Assembly (NCBI GenBank): GCA_951406725.2
Contig: OX597839.1
Location: 8,494,001-8,558,000, forward strand
From: Octopus vulgaris
Taxonomy: Eukaryota
Reading direction: 5' to 3'
Length of the DNA: 64,000 nt
The translations under genes were made by a program, and so were the position numbers. The notes below the pieces were generated by a model. That model did not search any database, was not told where the DNA came from, and was given only the letters and a program-made list of their open reading frames with translations. Positions 55,071 to 64,000 of the stretch are shown piece by piece (position 1 is the stretch's first letter; every line of letters begins with the position of its first letter).

Positions 55071-56011
55071 GTGGAACCGAAATCAAAACCGCGTGACCGT
55101 AAAACGACTTTTCTACCCACACAGCCAATATAGAACGATCAGATAAGTAGCAGACTGGTGGAACTGAACTCAAAACCGCGTGACCGTAAAACGAGTTTTC
55201 TACCCACACAACCAATACAGAACGGTCAGATAAGTAGCAGACTGGTGGAACTGAACTCAAAACTGCGTGACCGTAAAACGAGTTTTCTACCCACACAGCC
55301 AATACAGAACGGATCAGATAAGTAGCAGACTGGTGGAACTGAACTCAAAACTGTGTGACCGTAAAACGAGTTTTCTACCCACACAGCCAATACAGAACGA
55401 TCAGATAAGTAGCAAACTGGTGGAACTGAACTCAAAACCGTGTGACCGTAAAACGAGTTTTCTACCCACACAGCCAATACAGAACGATCAGATAAGTAGC
55501 AGACTAGTGGAACTGAACTCAAAACCGGGTGACCGTAACACGAGTTTTCTACCCACACAGCCAATACAGAACGATCAGATAAGTAGCAGACTGGTGGAAC
55601 TGAACTCAAAACCGCGTGACCGTAAAACGAGTTTTCTACCCACACAGCCAATACAGAACGGTCAGATAAGTAGCAGACTGGTGGAACTGAACTCAAAACC
55701 GCGTGACTGTAAAACGAGTTTTCTACCCACACAGCCAATACAGAACGATCAGATAAGTAGCAGACTGGTGGAACTGAACTCAAAACCGCGTGACCGTAAA
55801 ACGATTTTTCTACCCACACAGCCAATACAGAACGATTAGATAAGTAGCAGACTGGTGGAACTGAACTCAAAACTGCGTGACCGTAAAACGAGTTTTCTAC
55901 CCACACAGCCAATACAGAACGGTCAGATAAGTAGCAGACTGGTGGAACTGAACTCAAAACCGCGTGACCGTAAAACGAGTTTTCTACTACGGTCAGATAA
56001 GTAGCAGACTG
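55071..56011 (-). repeat. 87-bp tandem array (11 units) derived from the tRNA-like head of a family B SINE
   Basis: Unit starts at 55071, 55158, 55245, 55333, 55420, 55507, 55594, 55681, 55768, 55855 and 55942. Continuous with a diverged SINE B body at 54970-55070. Confidence 0.93.
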
Positions 56012-56334
56012 AAATAAATGTAACTAAAAAATCGTTGAAGGCGGTGGGTGACCCAGGAGGGTAAGCGAGGTATTGACTAAAAATAATAATCAAAGAATGG
56101 AATAGAAATGAAAGAAGCAAAGAATAGAATGTTTACCAATGATTGGCCGGACACACAAATGTTTGACCAGGCTGAGTGGCTGCAGTAAAGAACATTGCGT
56201 ACATGTCCACATATGTTGGTAAACACGAGAGAAATTCAAAGAATAAAAGCAAGTGGAACAAAATGCTATAATGGGAACAGCTAATTGTTACAAGTTTCTA
56301 TCTTTTATCATTATTTACTGTTAATTAGCGTTTC

Positions 56335-56757
<423 letters not shown>

Positions 56758-57267
56758 GGAAGGATGGGGGGGTGTCGGGTAGAGGATAGTCTAAGAGCGT
56801 TTCACGTAAGTCGACACCCGGTAGCAAAACTGCTTCTAATAATTAAACACACATTGTACAGAAGCGAAAATATTGAACTTTCCATCGATCTATCGGTGTA
56901 TTTCTAGGTACGCACGCTCTCTTCCTTCCTTCCTTTCTGTTTTTCCTTCTTTCTCTTTTTTTCACATCCACCACTCATACACACATATATATACACGCAT
57001 GCACGTATTTGTGTGCGCATATGTGCACGTATGTTTCCATGTGTGTAAACGAGAGAAATACGGATGCAGACATAGAGACATAGCCGTAACAGGTTACGTA
57101 GTTTACTATGCCCAATGTCGTCCCCAAGTTCGATCTCAATGCACAGCATCTCGGAAAATATTTTAGTATAGACTTGGTTTGTTCGAGGCTATAGAACGCA
57201 AAACAACCCCTCACCTAAAACAAAAATATATATACATGCGTGCATATATATATATATATATATATAT

Positions 57268-57403
57268 TGTTATATTTCGGAATGGTCATATTGCCAGTTT
57301 AGCCAATAAACACACGCACTATATATTTGTGTTATTTTGCTTCAGTGATATTTATTTTTACATTAATCTTAATCTTATTTCGCAAATATTCCGAAATATA
57401 ACA
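57268..57403. mobile_element. 136-bp TG...CA element (short solo LTR or Ginger-type MITE)
   Basis: 16-bp perfect terminal inverted repeat TGTTATATTTCGGAAT, ATAT on both flanks, internal AATAAA. Confidence 0.65.
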
Positions 57404-57457
57404 ATATCTGTTTCAACACACGACTTCACATAAAAAATCTTGCACAACAAATATTTA

Positions 57458-57540
<83 letters not shown>

Positions 57541-57543
<3 letters not shown>

Positions 57544-58100
57544 AGGCGCAATAGCCCAGTGATTAGGGCAGCGGACTCGCGGTGGTAGGATCGCGGTTTC
57601 GATTCCCAGACCGGGCGTTGTGACGAGGCTCCGGCAGGGGTTGGTGGCGGTCCCTGCTGTACTCTTTCGCCACAACTTGCAGTGGGAGTGAACCTGAAAC
57701 CATGTGGCTGGGAAACACGCCTATGCATATATGTGTGTGTGTGCGTTTGTGTGTGTACACATACACATATACATGCCTGCACCTATATATATATATATCA
57801 CCGTGACCGACCAGACTATCAGATGTTGCTACACATCGCTGGTCACAATGCACTTCGCATTGTTTTAGCCTTCGAATGACGTCACCCCGCTGGCTAAGCG
57901 AGCAGGCCAACAGAAGAAAGAGTGAGAGAAAGTTGTGGCGAAAGAGTACAGCAGGGACCGCCACCAACCCCTGCCGGAGAGTCGTGGAGCTTTTTTAGGT
58001 GTTTTTGCTCAATAAACACTCACAACGCCCGGTCTGGGAAATTGAAACCGCGATCCTACGACCGCGAGTCCGCTGCCCAAACCACTGGGCCATTGCGTCT

Positions 58101-58102
<2 letters not shown>
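57541..58102. mobile_element. Convergent pair of SINE family C copies
   Basis: Partial plus copy 57541-57678 and full minus copy 57797-58102 with tail i. Confidence 0.88.
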
Positions 58103-58141
<39 letters not shown>

Positions 58142-58392
58142 TTTTTCATATGTCCTGCCCGCCAAATTTGGTTCTGGTGTTCGCTGAATTCTTCCTCTAG
58201 AGAATTTCCCTTGTAGTTTGATCGTTGATGATCTATTTCTAGCATTCTGACCGGCTACCTAGCAGGCCAGCCCTGCCAATATACACATATATTTGAATTT
58301 TCTCTGACTCCTCAGATTTTTTGAATGCTGGACTACTGGTTTTAAATTGATATTAAAATTAATATTAATTTATCTCCCTCAATTTTTAAATA

Positions 58393-58700
<308 letters not shown>

Positions 58701-59491
58701 TCTTTATTGAATTTTATACGCATGCATGTATATTTTTGTTTTAGGTGAGGGTTGTTTTGCGTTCTGTTTATTTATTTTTTTTTTTGTTTTACTTGGAGTC
58801 CCTTATACTGAATCCAAGCCATAATTTTATAGACAAATATCAGCCAAGAACAACGTTTTACCTTATAAGGTATTTTCAATTAGCTTTTATATTGTTCAGT
58901 TAACCAAAGTATGATTCGTACGTTCTCACAATGACTCTCTCACACTTTGAATTACGTAAAACAATAGTAGCATACAGGATCGTAAGGACAAAATAATTTT
59001 AATTAAATTTATCAATCAATCGTAAGTTAATTTAGTCGATATTGTACACAATAAAATAATGTCTATTCACTGCTTCATTAAAAGCTAACTTTTTCAAATT
59101 TTATTTACGACGAAAGTGTATGTGTTGAAGAATTTCATTATGTGAACTTGTAATGTGATCCAAGCATCGGATAGAACGTCTGGTGCTGTTTGTTCCGAGT
59201 CTCTCTGTTTTGAGTTCCACTCTCACCCAGGACGACTTTGTCCTTTATTCTTCCAGGGTCCATAATAAGATGCACCAATGCAGGGCAGTGGATTGGTGGA
59301 ACATTTACATCGAGGGATCGAATCCTTGCAAAACATTTCATTTTATGTTGCTCCTGTCGATTCAGTTTTAAATGTGGCCGTTCAGGTGTTTTGTTGCGAT
59401 TTCGGTCACATGAGCTCCATGGAACTCGGGCAGCGGGCCCTTTCAGTCCTAGAAATCGGACAGCAATACCCAGGGGTTACTGAAGATCTAT

Positions 59492-59620
59492 GGCCATAAT
59501 TCCCCAACCAACCCATGTACAACGTACCAACGTATCTATATATTTATCAGCCATCAGGACCGTGGCAGAGTGAATTCTTGCCTCCTGAAATCAAAATCTC
59601 CTCACGGACAAAGCAACGGA
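59492..59620 (+). repeat. About 120-bp direct repeat, second copy at 61341-61458
   Basis: GGCCATAATTCCCCAACCAACCCA...CTCACGGACAAAGCAACGGA occurs in both. Confidence 0.9.
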
Positions 59621-59824
59621 ATTCCAACTCTTTGCCTTCTGAGTTCAATCTTGTCAGGGCCCTACAGAGAGTGGGAAGTTAAACTTAATCCGTCAGCCGA
59701 TTTAGTATTACCATCTGTAACAAACATTCGGATTAGTTTCCCGGTAATGGCTCCCTCTCTCTCTCTCAGTCTGAGAGACCTTTTACAAAGGTTCACAGAC
59801 AGTGTCTTTCCGCCAGACTAGATT

Positions 59825-60224
59825 TAGGTGGTTTCATGGCAAAGAATTCATCTAGGTGTCTTTTTACGTCATCTAAGGAATTGAAATTTTTACCATTAAG
59901 ACTATTCTGTAGAGACCTGAATAAGGGGAAATCCGAAGGAGCAATGTCTGGTGAATATGGAGGGTGGGGTAGCACATCCCACAGCAATTTTGTCTGTTTC
60001 CCAAAGCATCAAGTGCCGAAAATGAACTTTCTTATCTTCCATTTTAAAGGATTACAGAATTAACACAGGTTATAGGAACATGAATCTTCTTCCACGAAAA
60101 GATAGCTTAAACTGTGCTCTAAATGGAGGCGTAGTCAAATCCTATTTTATGGACTCAACCATGTTCTAAAATAAGTCGAAAGGTAAGCTACTATAAATCG
60201 GCACGAACTTTCCGGACAACCCAA
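59825..60224 (-). mobile_element. Second, truncated copy of the deleted mariner derivative
   Basis: ORF 59793-59987 encodes WDVLPHPPYSPDIAPSDF; the right TIR and TA match 29949-29980. Confidence 0.92.
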
Positions 60225-60572
60225 TATTATACAATTAACAGACATGAATATTTAGAGAAGCGGACAAACATATAGAAGAGTGTACAAATGAAAGAAAGGA
60301 ACAATAAGCGCAATTCCTATTAAGACTTCGGCTCAGAATCCCATTTCTTTAGGTCTCACAGAGATGTTTTTCTCAATCTTATGAAACTTTAAGTGATGCT
60401 AGACTAAGACAACATGCTAATGCAAATAGTTATCTAGTTCTCTATTTCCAAATCTATTTTTCTTTTTATCTAAATATCAATAAACGCATACACATACATG
60501 CAAATAGTCTTATACGTACTTACTATACTGACATGCATACATATACGTGTGTTGTTGTAGTAGTAATAGTAA

Positions 60573-60662
<90 letters not shown>

Positions 60663-61094
60663 TAACAACAACAACATTTACTTGCAATGAAATTTCGATC
60701 GTACAGTCATCAATGCAGAGTAAAACAAGAAATATCAAAATGAGAAAACGACGAGACACAGATAAACATATATATATATACAACAACAAATTAAGGAACG
60801 GCCATAATAGGCCGTTCAACCCACTAGAAATAACAGCCAAGGCTTCAACCGCAAAATAGTAGTAATTCCGTAAACCAGGAGAAAATTAAAAAAACATTTA
60901 CCCCGTTCGTCTTTCTGCTGAATTTTTTGCTACCCTATATTGATTAATTATATATATATATATATATATATATCACCGTGGATATCACCGTGACCGACCA
61001 GATTATCAGATGTTGCTACACATCGCTGGTCACAATGCGCTTCGCACTGTATTAGCCTTCAAATGTCGCCACCCCGCTGGCTAAGCGAGCAGGC

Positions 61095-61153
<59 letters not shown>

Positions 61154-61226
61154 TAAATATACACACACACAAACATATACACACACACACATATATACAT
61201 ACATATATATATATATACACACACAT

Positions 61227-61271
<45 letters not shown>

Positions 61272-61274
<3 letters not shown>

Positions 61275-61333
61275 TATTACTTGGGAGCTATTATATATAT
61301 ATATATATATATAATAGCTCCCAAGTAATAGTA
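61272..61333. repeat. Perfect 62-bp palindrome with (TA)n centre
   Basis: TACTATTACTTGGGAGCTATTA-(TA)n-TAATAGCTCCCAAGTAATAGTA. Confidence 0.95.
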
Positions 61334-61830
61334 ATGTTCAGGCCATAATTCCCCAACCAACCCACCAACGTATCTATATATCTATCAGCCATCAGGACCG
61401 TGGCAGAGTGAATTCTTGCCTCCTGAAATGAAAATCTCCTCACGGACAAAGCAACGGATTTAAGAAGAGGCGAACTTTCCTAGCTGGCCCTTGGGAAAAC
61501 CTTGAAACACAATGTAACTTCCTTTATTACTCTAATCTTGATTGTTATCCTGTTAAGGGTGCATCGATTCACCTCTATCGAAGCCTTTCAGTAACTATAA
61601 AGTAGGGAATCGTAGGTTCTAATCGTGTTCCTTTTTTTTTTTTTGTTTTTTGGTTACTTTACAGATATATTTTTATGTGATGTATGACCATTAAACCCCA
61701 TGAGGGTTATGCATATATCAAACATAAAAGGTAGTAAGTCTGAAATTCCCCTTGGGTTACCACTTACCATTAGGCATTGTCTGGGTATGGAATTCAGAAC
61801 AAGGATTATTATTCTCGCAGACTCTGTACT

Positions 61831-61883
<53 letters not shown>

Positions 61884-62605
61884 GTGTCCGTCCCACCATC
61901 GCTTGACAGTCAGTGTTGGTGTGCTACGTCCCCGTAACTTAGTGGTTCGGCAAAACACGACCGACAGGATAAGTACCAGGCTTAAAAAGAATAAAAGTAC
62001 TGGGGTCGCTTTGTTCGACAAAAAAATTCTTAAAGGCGATGCTCCAGCCTGGCCGCAGGCCACTGCCTGAAACAAGTAAAAGAATAAAAGACTAAAGCTA
62101 AACACGTACTTTGGATACTTTTCACTCCTAATAAATTGTTCCTCCTGCATTTTTCTTAAAACTCTGATGTCAAATGAGCAGCTGAAGGCCACAGCAGAGC
62201 ACTTATTTGTATGTGTGGTCCTAAGCAATATCAGATCGACTATGTCTTCACTCTTATATTTTTTGGTTCCACCCAATATTTTTTTTGATCCATCGGTCCC
62301 GACACGAACATACTTTCACAATGTCTAATAATGTGATGCGATCCATGTCCCCAGTTTTTTTAGTTCACACGTTTCACATTTGTTGTCAGTTGATGTTTTC
62401 TATTATTATATGTGTGTGTGTGGTCATTAGATGTGGATTTTTTGCTTTTGGATTCTATGAGCATAACCTTCAAGATGAAATGTTATAAACTTGCCGCTAT
62501 TCCATGCTAGACCTTTAACTGTGTTACAGTTAAATATTTAAGATATGAGGAATTATGTACATTATTTACATTTGACGGATATTTCTCCTCATCTTGTTTG
62601 TTGTT

Positions 62606-62648
62606 AACACGTTTCGGCTGATATACCCTCCAGCTTTCACCAGGTGTC
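62606..62648 (-). ncRNA. Degenerate hammerhead in the left arm of P4
   Basis: GACAC-CTGGTGA-AA-GCTGG..TCAGC-C-GAAACGTGTT: core A6->G and a 3-nt deletion at the cleavage site relative to the right arm. Confidence 0.55.
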
Positions 62649-62860
62649 TTGGGGGAAATTTCGAACCTGGGTTCTCATTCCTAATGTATTTTTCGATGTT
62701 GTGTTGTTGTTATTATTATTCAGGTCACTGATGGGAATCGAACTTGGAATCTTGGGGTTAGTAGCCCACGCTCTTAACCACTATGCCACGGGCATATTGC
62801 ATAGTGGTTAAGAGCGTGGGCTACTAGCCACAAGATTCCAAGTTCGATTCCAAGCATTGA

Positions 62861-62910
<50 letters not shown>

Positions 62911-63031
62911 TGGTTGTGATGCATGTGTCTGGTGTACCCTTATCAGACGGGTAGTCATGATGGGTATATTGAGCTTCGTATATTTTACCCCAGTGTCACC
63001 TTTGATGGCATGAACTGCTCTCTCACTCAAC

Positions 63032-63142
<111 letters not shown>

Positions 63143-63260
63143 CAAAGGACGGTGCCCCAGCATGGCCACAGCTCAAGAGCTGAAACTGGAAAACATAAAC
63201 ATAAACATAAACATCGAAAAATACCTTAGGAATGAGAAGCCAGGTTCGAAATTTCCCCAA

Positions 63261-63306
63261 GACCCCTGATGAAAGCTGGAGGCTATATCAGCCGAAACGT
63301 TGTGTT
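63261..63306 (+). ncRNA. Minimal type I hammerhead ribozyme (Penelope-type) in the right arm of P4
   Basis: GACCC-CTGATGA-AA-GCTGG-AGGCTATA-TCAGC-C-GAAA-C-GTT-GTGTT. Palindromic AACGTT stem III; stem I is perfect when the left-arm variant GACAC is used. Confidence 0.72.
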
Positions 63307-63399
63307 AACAACAAACAAGACGAGGACAAACATCCTTCAAATGTAAATAATGTGTTTAACTGTGTTTATTCCCTATTTGGCCAGGGATTATCTTTTCAA

Positions 63400-63750
63400 G
63401 TACCCATGCACAACCTTCTAAGTGATCAGGCCTATATTTTCACCTTGTTATAGATGGTAAAACTGATTCAAGTATGTAAGGTTTTTGTACTGTTTTTGGT
63501 TGGGTTGGTTCATAGTTTACCTCAAATTTGCTAGTTATCTCAACGAAGTTTATATTTTTTCACCCAGAAACTCGAGCGAGATCGAGAAAGTTATTTCTTG
63601 ATTGAGTTACTTGGCCTACAAGAACTGTTAAGCGTTACAGTTCAGATCATGTCTGATATTAATAAAATTTAACATCACGGTTGCCCTTCTTGCATAATAA
63701 ATGCAGCCTCTCCTCATCTCCACTGAAGTTTAGGTTTTTCGAGAATAACG
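63400..63750 (-). pseudogene. Possible highly decayed RLE-type retrotransposon C-terminus
   Basis: Minus-strand traces EERLHLLC, RHD (in another frame) and DLARVS..NINFVEITSKFE occur in the order expected for CCHC / RHD / PD..ELT..FE; many stops. Confidence 0.3.
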
Positions 63751-64000
63751 AGCAGTTTCGGAATTCTTAGATCCATCTGGTAAACTTCTTGCCATAATTA
63801 AGTGAAAAGAGCAAACATACGCATCTGGATAGACACAACAAAGACGTTGCAAAGAGAGATATACCTGTAGTCTATGAGTTGCGATGACCACATTTTCTTT
63901 ACTCTCTTGAGATATTCGTTCACTACTAGTTCTTTATTAATGGATCTGTCATACCTAACATTCTCACTCCGTTTAACATACTTGTATTACAGCTCTGGAA

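Noticed and set aside
55071-56011. CRISPR-like or repeat-protein interpretation of the 87-bp array
   Set aside because: Whole units are repeated with no unique spacers, there are no cas genes, the context is eukaryotic, and the unit derives from a SINE head.
61361-61400. Possible hammerhead on the minus strand (CTGATGG...GATACGTT)
   Set aside because: Both core segments deviate, and stems I and II do not pair.

Overview
Animal genomic DNA, most likely cephalopod (Octopus-type; inferred from the tRNA-derived SINE families and the extreme microsatellite load). I found no host protein-coding exon I could support. Almost all listed ORFs are translations of (TA)n, (TG)n, (TATG)n, (GATA)n, (GAA)n or (AAT)n tracts, or of SINEs. 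The window holds several tRNA-headed SINE families, one full-length dead mariner, two copies of a deleted mariner derivative, a hAT MITE, a short TG...CA element, decayed LINE fragments (Penelope-like RT, an R4/Dong-like 3' end, an RTE-like 3' end) and two minisatellite arrays. The most interesting signal is a set of hammerhead-ribozyme (HHR) motifs with the very short stem III seen in Penelope-like elements, found in at least four unrelated repeat families. The best case is 62559-63353: a head-to-head inverted pair of units, each made of a tRNA-like Pol III head, an (AAT)n linker and an HHR. It looks like a ribozyme-bearing SINE mobilised by Penelope machinery. Family labels (A-F, P1-P4) are my own working names, and all folds were derived by eye.
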